From a virus: a DNA stretch of 64,000 nt. The notes beneath the pieces are model-generated. The model was given only the letters and a program-made list of their open reading frames with translations. It had not been told where the DNA came from and did no database searches. Both the position numbers and the translations under genes were made by a program. This document shows, one piece after another, positions 29,989-38,172 of this stretch. The stretch is from the IMG/VR virus record IMGVR_UViG_3300036770_001423, positions 1 to 64,000 of that record; one strand, written 5' to 3'. Every line of letters starts with the position of its first letter. Positions within the stretch are counted from its first letter, which is position 1.

Positions 29989-30927
29989 TTAGTAAGGTTT
30001 GTTTAATTCTGCTGCGAATGCAGCTTTCTTGATTTGTTCTGGAGACACTTCATCACCAGTGGTGGTTTCTTGGAACAGGTCAGATTTTTCTACCAGTTCT
30101 TTTTTAGCTTGCAGAGATTTAATCACTACTTCAGCAGCTTCTGGGCTAGTGGCTTTCATTACAAATAATGATTTAGCAACAGCGGGCAGTTCTTCAGCAG
30201 ATACTAAGTCTTTCAGAGTTTCTTGGAATGCTTCAAATTCAGCAGCTTCTTTTTCTTCTTTAGCTTTCTGTACTTGAGTACGCAGTTCGGCAACTTCCAC
30301 TTCCAGAGCAGATTTCTCAACTTTGAGTTGAGTAGCTTCTGCTACGGCAGCTTCGTGAGCTTGCTCGACTTGTTCTAATTGCTCGTAGCGAGCTTTTTCT
30401 ACTTGGATTTTCAAGGGGTCTTCCTCGTTTTGTTGTTGTAAAGATTTCTCGATTTGAGACTGGATAGTAGTGATAGCAATAAAATCTTCATCACTAATTG
30501 TTTGGTTCGGGTTCTCGCTAAGAGACTTCATAATGGTGAATTGAGCTACACGCTCTGTGATCCACTTCTCATGTTCTTTCTCCCAATCGTATTCACCATC
30601 AGAAGATTCACGTTCAGCTTTAGCTGCTTCAAACTCTGTTTCAAAACCTAACAGCTTTGTAAGGGTTTCTGCATCAGAACTCCACATATCAAAGAACTTA
30701 CGTAAGAATTCTTCCATTGACATTGTTACAGTAATCTGTTCTAATGCTTTCTGTACTTTCACTACGTCAGTTGGTTGGATACCGGAGTTAGTAGATTTTG
30801 TTACTAATACAGAATATCCGCAGGCACTTCCGCCTTGGTCTTTTGATACCAGAGCTACATGAGCACCATTAGTATCAAAGTCGAAATTGAAAAGCTTACG
30901 CTTTGCTTTTTGTTTGCTAATTGTCAT
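29989..30927 (-). CDS. Scaffold protein
   Basis: Acidic coiled coil with repeated xKS/xKA sites; between protease and capsid genes. Confidence 0.7.
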   Translation of the reverse strand: MTISKQKAKRKLFNFDFDTNGAHVALVSKDQGGSACGYSVLVTKSTNSGIQPTDVVKVQKALEQITVTMSMEEFLRKFFDMWSSDAETLTKLLGFETEFEAAKAERESSDGEYDWEKEHEKWITERVAQFTIMKSLSENPNQTISDEDFIAITTIQSQIEKSLQQQNEEDPLKIQVEKARYEQLEQVEQAHEAAVAEATQLKVEKSALEVEVAELRTQVQKAKEEKEAAEFEAFQETLKDLVSAEELPAVAKSLFVMKATSPEAAEVVIKSLQAKKELVEKSDLFQETTTGDEVSPEQIKKAAFAAELNKPY

Positions 30928-31448
30928 TTAATATCCTGCCCGTAAGCTTCACAATAAACGCTCAAGCCTGTGAACGTACCATCCTTCACTTTAGGCCAAA
31001 TTACATCTTCAGATAATTCATCTGGCTCAGGGAAGTACCACTCTTGTAGCCAAGTGTTCTTGCGAATAGTCACTTGTTCACCTTCTGGATTCTCGATAAC
31101 AAATTCAACAGGAGAAGTGTAAGATTGCTCAATCACAGCTAAGTCAGAATCAAGCATTACACTGTGCATCAGATTAGCTTTCATGCAGTGAACGTTAAAT
31201 GAGCGACAAGCTTCGATAACGTCTTGGTCTGAGTAAGTATCACCGTGTAGGTCTTCAGTCTCTGTAGCGTCTTGTGGGGCCAATACAACCATCAACGCTC
31301 GACGTTCTTCTACATCTACAGACTTACGTACTTGAACACCCTCTGGTGTGGTGACATCACTCTCAATAACTTGCTTATGGTTTTCACTATCACCGATAGC
31401 CATGTCCAACAAGTCAAGGAACATCTTCTTTAATTTTTCTTTGTTCAT
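30924..31448 (-). CDS. Prohead protease (XkdF-like)
   Basis: DLHGD..ANLMH..W..VKDGTFTGLS motif. Confidence 0.8.
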   Translation of the reverse strand: MNKEKLKKMFLDLLDMAIGDSENHKQVIESDVTTPEGVQVRKSVDVEERRALMVVLAPQDATETEDLHGDTYSDQDVIEACRSFNVHCMKANLMHSVMLDSDLAVIEQSYTSPVEFVIENPEGEQVTIRKNTWLQEWYFPEPDELSEDVIWPKVKDGTFTGLSVYCEAYGQDIK

Positions 31449-32354
31449 CTATGTGCTGTTCTCATTTTGCTGGGACTTGACCCACTCAGTGGCTTGCCTA
31501 AAAGCTTCTTCTTCACCAAGCCTATACACATTGAATGTTTTGCGTTTTTTATTTCCGCACATCATTTTGTACGCAACGTAGTGACCTTTTTTATTTAAAT
31601 GGACATTCATTGCCTCTGTTTTTGTGTACCTTGCTGGTTTTGTTTTATCATACTTCCCAAATCGTACAAGGTAATGGTATATAAAATCTTGAAGTTCGGA
31701 GTCTTGTGTTGGGTCATACCCTTCAGAAAAGCGTCTGAATAGTGCCTTATAATTAGTTGACCTGTTCAAATTCAGTGCATTACTTATACGATAATGTTTA
31801 TACCCTTTCTTATAAAGATGGTATATATCGTTGGCGAGGGACAACACATCCTTATTAGAGTAGGGAGAGTTGATTAGGCTGAAAGATTTCATCACCTCCG
31901 ACCTAGCAACCCTCTCTGTTTCTGGAACATCCCTATTCTTCAGCTTTTCAACCATATGTGATGTGTCTACAGGTATTCCTCTTCTCATTGCAGATACTAC
32001 TGATTTTTGCTTGTCGGTTTGTGGCCTACCTAGCCTACCATTCAGTCCACCACCGACACAAATATTCCATCCAATTAGAGGAGCTGGTCTTAGTTTATTC
32101 TCTAACCATCTGGCGTAATCAAGATCACATTCACACAGGACAACTAACTCAATGTCGTCCCCATATTTAACCATTGCTCTATGAACTATGCCAATAGAAC
32201 TGGCTTTTTGCTTTTCGCCATTTTTCAGTTTCTTAGCAACTCGAAGATGCGTTGAGTACCTTCGCTTTACACTACCAGATGTTATACCAACATAACCTTC
32301 TGTATTTATATCAGTATGGTCTTTGTGTTTTATCCAGTATACAAAAGAACTCAT
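31449..32354 (-). CDS. Free-standing GIY-YIG homing endonuclease
   Basis: FVYWI..GYVGIT..R..H..E..GWN catalytic domain; NUMOD3-like and AP2-like C-terminal segments. Confidence 0.85.
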   Translation of the reverse strand: MSSFVYWIKHKDHTDINTEGYVGITSGSVKRRYSTHLRVAKKLKNGEKQKASSIGIVHRAMVKYGDDIELVVLCECDLDYARWLENKLRPAPLIGWNICVGGGLNGRLGRPQTDKQKSVVSAMRRGIPVDTSHMVEKLKNRDVPETERVARSEVMKSFSLINSPYSNKDVLSLANDIYHLYKKGYKHYRISNALNLNRSTNYKALFRRFSEGYDPTQDSELQDFIYHYLVRFGKYDKTKPARYTKTEAMNVHLNKKGHYVAYKMMCGNKKRKTFNVYRLGEEEAFRQATEWVKSQQNENST

Positions 32355-33871
32355 CCTTTGTTTTCCATATTCAAACTGCTGTTATTCTTACCAGCAGCAC
32401 CAGTGCCGTTACCCATACCTTCGACCATGCCGTCACCACTGCGAGTAGTCATGTCACTAAGCTTCTCAATGATTTCATCTTCATCAAGCTTCTCAATCTC
32501 TGTAGTGTCATAACCACACTTACGCCACAGTTGAACAAGCATTGCTTTGTCTCGTGGGAATAAGCCTGTAGCGCCTAAGCGTTGACCAGCTTTAGAAGCT
32601 TCTTCAGCATCAGCTTCATCCAGCTCACCAAACGTCATCACTGGCATATCATCTTCTTCAAGCTTAAGCTCATTAATGTCTGCAAGAGACTTAACAAACT
32701 CACGCTCAAATACTGTTTTGATATACATCAGCATACGTTCCATGTAGAAAGCATGGACACTGCGACTACTATCTGATAGACTATGTGAACCTGTATCGCC
32801 TTGACCAACCAGAAGGAAGGAAGCGCCTAATACGTTAAGAATGTCTTTCTTACGAGCTTCAATTAGTTCAGAGGTTTTATAGGCTTTACTACCACCGTCA
32901 ACACCTTTCAGTTCAACATCATAAACGTATTTACCGTTACCTGTTTCACCGTGTGTATCAGAGCCTAAGAGGATATATGTTTGATCGCCAGCATGAATAG
33001 CAGCAGCATTCTTTTGTAATGCTTTTAATGTGGCAGCTTCAAGACTATTTTCATCTTCAGCAGCTTTATTGATATGATCATTCGGAACACGTAATACAAG
33101 GACACCACCCAAGTCCTTGCTCACCCCAACAACCTCATAGCTTGTAATCATTTCAAGCTCTTTCCAAGATTTGAAGCAGTCGTATAGATCTGATTTACCT
33201 TGGGGGTTGTTGCCTGTACTATTCCAACTGAACAACATAAACTTTTCTCTACGAACAAATTTATCTGTTAAGTTTTGTACAGTGAAAGGGTTAATATTGC
33301 TTTGTCCAATGACTGTAGCTGGCATCCATTGATATAAACCAACTAAGTCTCGCTTCAATACAGCATCATCAAACACCCACTCACGAACACTCTTTTGAGC
33401 GCGAGGAGCAAGCTTTGCATATTTGTATTTATATTTACCAGACCATTTAATACTATCATTCTTTGCGAAGACTTTCTCAAGCCAAGCAAATCCGTATTTA
33501 CGGAATGTGATAATATTTGTGATGGCATCATACCAACTGTTACCGACAAAGTTCTTAATGTTCCAGTTTAAGAAGGCAGCAAAGTCTTTTGACTCTTGAC
33601 TTCCCGATACACCTGCGATAAACTTTGTAGCAAGTAGGGACTTGGTGAGGAATACTTCTCCAGCAGTTAATCCTTGACTAACAGCAGAAGTAGAAGCCAT
33701 CTTATCATATGTGGTGAGGCTATGAGGAAACTGCAATTCTTTCTTAGCAGATTCTTCGATGTAGCCACCGATGGCTTTTAGATATGGATTGCCGATCTCT
33801 CCTAAGCGAAGACGACTGTCTGAGCTAGAGGGATTAGATTCAGCTTTCTCAATTTGAATTGTTTCTGACAT
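32351..33871 (-). CDS. Portal protein
   Basis: 506 aa after terL; YGFAWLEKV, NPQGKS, GSHSLS motifs. Confidence 0.88.
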   Translation of the reverse strand: MSETIQIEKAESNPSSSDSRLRLGEIGNPYLKAIGGYIEESAKKELQFPHSLTTYDKMASTSAVSQGLTAGEVFLTKSLLATKFIAGVSGSQESKDFAAFLNWNIKNFVGNSWYDAITNIITFRKYGFAWLEKVFAKNDSIKWSGKYKYKYAKLAPRAQKSVREWVFDDAVLKRDLVGLYQWMPATVIGQSNINPFTVQNLTDKFVRREKFMLFSWNSTGNNPQGKSDLYDCFKSWKELEMITSYEVVGVSKDLGGVLVLRVPNDHINKAAEDENSLEAATLKALQKNAAAIHAGDQTYILLGSDTHGETGNGKYVYDVELKGVDGGSKAYKTSELIEARKKDILNVLGASFLLVGQGDTGSHSLSDSSRSVHAFYMERMLMYIKTVFEREFVKSLADINELKLEEDDMPVMTFGELDEADAEEASKAGQRLGATGLFPRDKAMLVQLWRKCGYDTTEIEKLDEDEIIEKLSDMTTRSGDGMVEGMGNGTGAAGKNNSSLNMENKG

Positions 33872-33883
33872 TATCCCCTCAGA

Positions 33884-34987
33884 TTATGAATTAAGGTCAT
33901 ATTGCGCTTTGATTGTGGGATCGTTGAGAGCGGTTAGTTTTGGGACTGTGTAGGTTTTGATTGTATTCAATGCGTTTAGGGCTGAGGCTGCGCAGTCGGC
34001 TACGTCATCCTTGTACCGCTTTGTGCTACGCTCCCCTGAAAACTGTTCTAGACTTTGTAGATAAAATTCCAGTGTCGCAGCATCAAATGTGCTTGCTACA
34101 ATCTTGACTAGACCATTCTCACAAGCAGAAGCAAAAGGAGCAAACTTTGTCATCTTAGATTTGTTACTCGGCATAGGATCTGCTTTAACAACATAACCTT
34201 TACCTATTAATTTCTTAGAAGACTCAATGAACTCATACTTACCTGCCGCAGAAGGATCTTTTGGAAAGATTATTGTAACATCAGTGCCGTCATGTGCTGC
34301 TTGTAGCTCTATGAGGTTATCTCGCTCACCTACAGTCTTTCTAACTACTCCGAGAACTTTACTGTCTGGATCTTTAAAACTTGGGTGAAAGTCGCCAAAG
34401 ATATAGTAATAACCCTCTTTATCTTTAGCCATACCTATCTGTGCTGTGTAGTCTGGACTTGGTTCTTTGTCTGAAGGCGCAGTTCCTGCTTTATCATAAG
34501 CCCTAACGCATTTTGCACCAAGAGGAATCTTGTCAGCAATAGCACACCACTTTCTATCGAAGTACAAGCTATTAGAAGGGCGTACTTTCCAGTTACCATC
34601 CAACAATCTCGCTCTGTCGATAGGGTTCAAACCTTCCAACCATGCTAAATAATCAGGGTTCTGTTCTAGCATCTTAGGGTTGTCCCTAATTGTGCTACCG
34701 ATAAAACTGAAACTGATTGGTTTTACGTTATCACCATATGTAGCTTTTAATTCTTCTGGCGTATCTGCCCAGAAGTATTGACCGCCTTGTAAAATGAACC
34801 AGCGTATTACACCAGCCCTTTCTTCGATAGGGAAACCTTCGTCATCTAACCACCAAGAAATCATCTCTGCTATCTTGTGGTCGGGATCAGGGTTGCAACT
34901 GATCACCATTCGTGAAGGGTATTTGGACTCGGAACGCATCCGAGACATCAGATATTCTATTTGTGACCAATCGAATTGCGTACCTTC
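33884..34987 (-). CDS. terL: Terminase large subunit, exon 3
   Basis: Starts EGTQF; SCNP coupling motif, RAYDKA and DDVAD nuclease residues. Confidence 0.92.
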   Translation of the reverse strand, partial: EGTQFDWSQIEYLMSRMRSESKYPSRMVISCNPDPDHKIAEMISWWLDDEGFPIEERAGVIRWFILQGGQYFWADTPEELKATYGDNVKPISFSFIGSTIRDNPKMLEQNPDYLAWLEGLNPIDRARLLDGNWKVRPSNSLYFDRKWCAIADKIPLGAKCVRAYDKAGTAPSDKEPSPDYTAQIGMAKDKEGYYYIFGDFHPSFKDPDSKVLGVVRKTVGERDNLIELQAAHDGTDVTIIFPKDPSAAGKYEFIESSKKLIGKGYVVKADPMPSNKSKMTKFAPFASACENGLVKIVASTFDAATLEFYLQSLEQFSGERSTKRYKDDVADCAASALNALNTIKTYTVPKLTALNDPTIKAQYDLNS

Positions 34988-35237
34988 CGAAGTGTTCAAT
35001 AAGGTTCGTTAATCCTTACCAGCAGCACTACCTGCTTCTGCATGTCGCCATGCAGACCTGACTATATCATCACCCCATTAGGGTGTCTCCCGTTTCCACT
35101 CACTTGAGTGTACGCCTTTCGGCTAGTCGATGAACGTTCTCCGTTAGGAGCTTCGCTGCTGATTGTCTCTGTGAGAGTTCCCAGCAATTAGAGAGATTAT
35201 TCGACACATATTACTACGTGAAGCGACTATTTTACAA
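34988..35237 (-). mobile_element. Group I intron 2 of terL (250 nt, no ORF)
   Basis: P1 CGAU/GUCG; P7 GACUA (35124-35128) / UAGUC (35060-35064); terminal G34988; splicing restores Walker B IAFD-E. Confidence 0.93.
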
Positions 35238-35537
35238 ATCGAACGCAATGAATGTATACTGTAAGCCTTGGTGATTGTACTTGTCTTTTTCTGTCTCCAT
35301 GTGAGACCATTTCATTTTAAAACCAGTAGGAAACTTAGCTTCTAATGAATGCTCTGACATACGAGGACGGAGTTCTGTGGGTAGCTGCATATACATATTA
35401 CGTGCAGTATCAAATACGCCACCAAGACCTTTGATTTGAACTGTTGTTCTGCGGAATACAATTGCGTTTGCTTTTGGGTCATCTACATAAAGCAAAGGGA
35501 GCATTTGTAATAGGAAACTTTTGCCGGAACCGGCTGC
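35238..35537 (-). CDS. terL: Terminase large subunit, exon 2
   Basis: AAGSGKS..FRRT..QGLQYTFIAFD, exactly 100 codons. Confidence 0.92.
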
Positions 35538-35779
35538 CAAATATTATGTAGTCGCTACACTACTCTGCCTTTTCAAGCAGGATCGGGTCATATCTTCATC
35601 CCAGAGGGAGTCTACCGTTTCGGATAATCAATCGCTTATTACCCTACGCCCTGACAAGGGCTGACCTCCACACACGCCATTACGCTTGGCTCGGTATTAG
35701 CATAGAGCGTAGCCCCTTAGCTTTCACCGAATTAGATAGATTCTTAGATACACATTACTGTGTTCTGTGGCGCAAGTTC
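35538..35779 (-). mobile_element. Group I intron 1 of terL (242 nt, no ORF, variant P7)
   Basis: P1 GUGGU/GCCAC; P4 CGGU/ACCG; P7 GGUCA (35662-35666) / UGACC (35586-35590) after AAGAUA; terminal G35538; splicing restores GG-AAGSGKS. Confidence 0.9.
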
Positions 35780-35890
35780 ACCACCCATGATTAAAATTTG
35801 AGCCTTACAATCAACAATCATTTGTTGTTTTTTAGATGTAGGCCCAAAAGGTAATCTTATCTCGCGGGGTTGTTTTTGTTTAGTTGTCAT
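35780..35890 (-). CDS. terL: Terminase large subunit, exon 1 (37 codons)
   Basis: SD GAGGAG; MTTKQKQPREIRLPFGPTSKKQQMIVDCKAQILIMGG; not in the ORF track. Confidence 0.9.
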
Positions 35891-35945
35891 AAAACTCCTC
35901 TTAGTTATAAATACTCAGGGGAATACTTATAAATAAGAGCCAGAC

Positions 35946-37097
35946 CTAATCTGGCGTAATATACTTTAACAATATGTCTAATACAAGACTGAAGTCTTTA
36001 CGGTGGAATGTCTCTGTATAACCAGAACCCATTTCTTGTTTTGTAATTATACCTCTTTCGATACCAGAAGATATAATCTCACTCTCAAGTTTGCGTATAA
36101 CGTACCCATCAGGGTTCTCAAGATAGTATATTACAGATAAGGGGTATTTACATTTCTGTTGTATCTGCTTTAATCTTTTATCTAAATTATTCGTTATACC
36201 AAATTTCAGCACATCGTCAGTAACTTTCAATAAATAAAAAGTACCTCCCATAGTGCTTCTATAACCAACCCTTTGATTCGAGCATCTAGGGCAACCAGCG
36301 GCATAAAGATGACTGTTAGGTGCTTGAGAAAACACACCGTGATCTCTGCATATGATGTCTATCTTAGTATGTTGATTTTTGTAATCAACTAATGAATAGT
36401 CATATTTATCACCATGCACTTTCTTAGCTAATGATATGTATTCTTCTGTTGTGAACTTAAACATCTCTGCTTTAGCTAGTGAAGCACACTTAGTACAACC
36501 AATTGTAGTTAAATGGTGATCAGCCCTTTGAGTGACTACGCCGTGTAACTTACATTCGTATGTAATATACTTACTCTTACCAACATACTCAGTAATAGAG
36601 TAGTCATATTTATCCCCATGAACTTGTTTTGCTTTTTCTACATATTGTTCTTTACTAAATACTCTACTTTTAGAGTTATTGACAGTAGCACAAGATTTGC
36701 AACCAACTTTGCCTGCTGTATGTCCTGACAGTTCTTGTCTAAATACTCCGTGGTCAGGGCAAATAATATCTACAATATCTTTAACTTTGACATTATCGGG
36801 TATAAGACTATAATCATATTTACCGTTATGGGCGCATGTTGCTTTATCAATAAAGTACTGCCTAGGTTTTCTGGTAGCTTCTGCGATCCTTTCTTTGGCG
36901 CAGAGCTTACACCCATGTCTAGCGGATGTGTGACTGTTTGGGGTCACTTCAAATACAAAGTCGTGCTTAATACAACGAACTTTAACTTTATTACAGGCTT
37001 TAGTGTAAACAGACAAAGAATAATCATACTTATCTCCGTGAACACTTCTAGCTTTAATGATAAACGTTTCTAAATCTTCTATTTCGTGCTTTGCCAA
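35946..37097 (-). CDS. Free-standing endonuclease: four zinc-binding repeats plus C-terminal GIY-YIG-like domain
   Basis: Four HG/HNxKYDYS..C..H..H....GC..C repeats; FYLL..KFGIT..R..E..GYTE nuclease domain. Confidence 0.8.
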   Translation of the reverse strand: MAKHEIEDLETFIIKARSVHGDKYDYSLSVYTKACNKVKVRCIKHDFVFEVTPNSHTSARHGCKLCAKERIAEATRKPRQYFIDKATCAHNGKYDYSLIPDNVKVKDIVDIICPDHGVFRQELSGHTAGKVGCKSCATVNNSKSRVFSKEQYVEKAKQVHGDKYDYSITEYVGKSKYITYECKLHGVVTQRADHHLTTIGCTKCASLAKAEMFKFTTEEYISLAKKVHGDKYDYSLVDYKNQHTKIDIICRDHGVFSQAPNSHLYAAGCPRCSNQRVGYRSTMGGTFYLLKVTDDVLKFGITNNLDKRLKQIQQKCKYPLSVIYYLENPDGYVIRKLESEIISSGIERGIITKQEMGSGYTETFHRKDFSLVLDILLKYITPD

Positions 37098-37108
37098 TTC
37101 ATTAAACC

Positions 37109-37250
37109 TTAATAATTATCACCCTACTCTTAGCCGTTGGCGTAAGAAAGAGGTGTGTTTCTTAGACTAATGTAAGATGATAATTATTAAAATCTTACAC
37201 CTCATACGCAATTATTTTTCACTATTTCTAGTCAGACCACGCCAATGACC
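37109..37250 (-). ncRNA. Candidate structured (pseudoknotted) RNA in the leader of the endonuclease gene
   Basis: Six complementary segment pairs within 142 nt (see findings); strand inferred from context. Confidence 0.55.
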
Positions 37251-37402
37251 TGTATAAAATAAATGTGTCATCACTGCTACATACGTTCAGGAGAGGACAC
37301 ATTCTTACTTTCGCTAACGGGGTTAATATCCAACCAGCTTCACGCTGTTCCGCGCTCTCTAACATCAGCAAACCACATCCCATGTGAGGATGCTGAATTC
37401 TT

Positions 37403-37510
37403 TTAATCTAACCAACCTTCGTCAGCAGAGATGTAATAAATACCTTCATCAACTGAAGGGTCTAACCCCCAGTCCTGCTCGACATTCAATCCCCAATCTT
37501 GTTCTTTCAT
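37403..37510 (-). CDS. Small acidic peptide (35 aa) with internal repeats
   Basis: SD AGGAGGGG; MKEQDWGLNVEQDWGLDPSVDEGIYYISADEGWLD. Confidence 0.6.
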   Translation of the reverse strand: MKEQDWGLNVEQDWGLDPSVDEGIYYISADEGWLD

Positions 37511-37522
37511 AACCCCTCCTTA

Positions 37523-37966
37523 CTATTTCTTAGCTTTAGCCGCAGCCTTCTTCACAGCAGGAGCTGTTTTAACAGCAGCTTCTTGAACAGGAGCTTCTAC
37601 AACAACTTCCGTATCCTGTTCTGCTTCAATTGTAGCTGCTTCTGCTGCGTCTGTCAACTGCTTTTCTACAACAGACATCATAAATACATACTTTCTATCG
37701 AAGATAAATGTTACACGAAGCAATGTGCTAACAATACTACGAATATCATCTTCTGTCAAATCTTTAGCATTGGCTACAACGTAGTCAATCACCTCATGTA
37801 ACTGAGCAAATCGAATAGTATTACCACCAACACTATAATCGGTGCTAACATTGGTAAACATTTTTCCATTAATTTCTTTCCAGAAATCAGCATATGTTCC
37901 ATTCTTTACTGCTTCATAAATTGCTGGCAAGAAGCTACTCACGCCATGATAAGTTAAATTCTTCAT
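37523..37966 (-). CDS. Hypothetical protein with acidic then Ala/Lys-rich tail
   Basis: Start MKNLTYHG after SD ACAGGA; the upstream extension in the ORF track crosses a hairpin and T run. Confidence 0.75.
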   Translation of the reverse strand: MKNLTYHGVSSFLPAIYEAVKNGTYADFWKEINGKMFTNVSTDYSVGGNTIRFAQLHEVIDYVVANAKDLTEDDIRSIVSTLLRVTFIFDRKYVFMMSVVEKQLTDAAEAATIEAEQDTEVVVEAPVQEAAVKTAPAVKKAAAKAKK

Positions 37967-37996
37967 TGTGTTTCCTGTGTAAATTACATTCTCTTT

Positions 37997-38067
37997 AAAA
38001 AAAAAAAATAAAAGCCCCGTTACGACGAGGAGAGGTGTGCAGAGGAGGATGCACCATCGTAGCGGGG
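37997..38067 (-). terminator. Long hairpin with T tract downstream of terS
   Basis: CCCCGCTACGA..TCGTAACGGGG then CTTTTA and T12 on the minus strand. Confidence 0.6.
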
Positions 38068-38172
38068 ACAGGAGGGAACACATCACTGTGTTTTATTTTA
38101 ATCGCTACCTTATGGTGATAGCTGGAGGAGAGAACGTAATAAAAATTGATTACTTATTGGAATGTAATTGAA

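Noticed and set aside
37109-37400. tRNA, hammerhead ribozyme or a fifth group I intron
   Set aside because: No cloverleaf or T-loop; CUGACUA lacks the hammerhead CUGANGA core; the GACTA/TAGTC pair lacks P3/P4 context and flanking exons.
37967-38086. N-terminal 40 aa extension of ORF 37523..38086 and a possible frameshift at the A12 run
   Set aside because: The extension crosses a hairpin and T tract; a good SD precedes the ATG at 37966.
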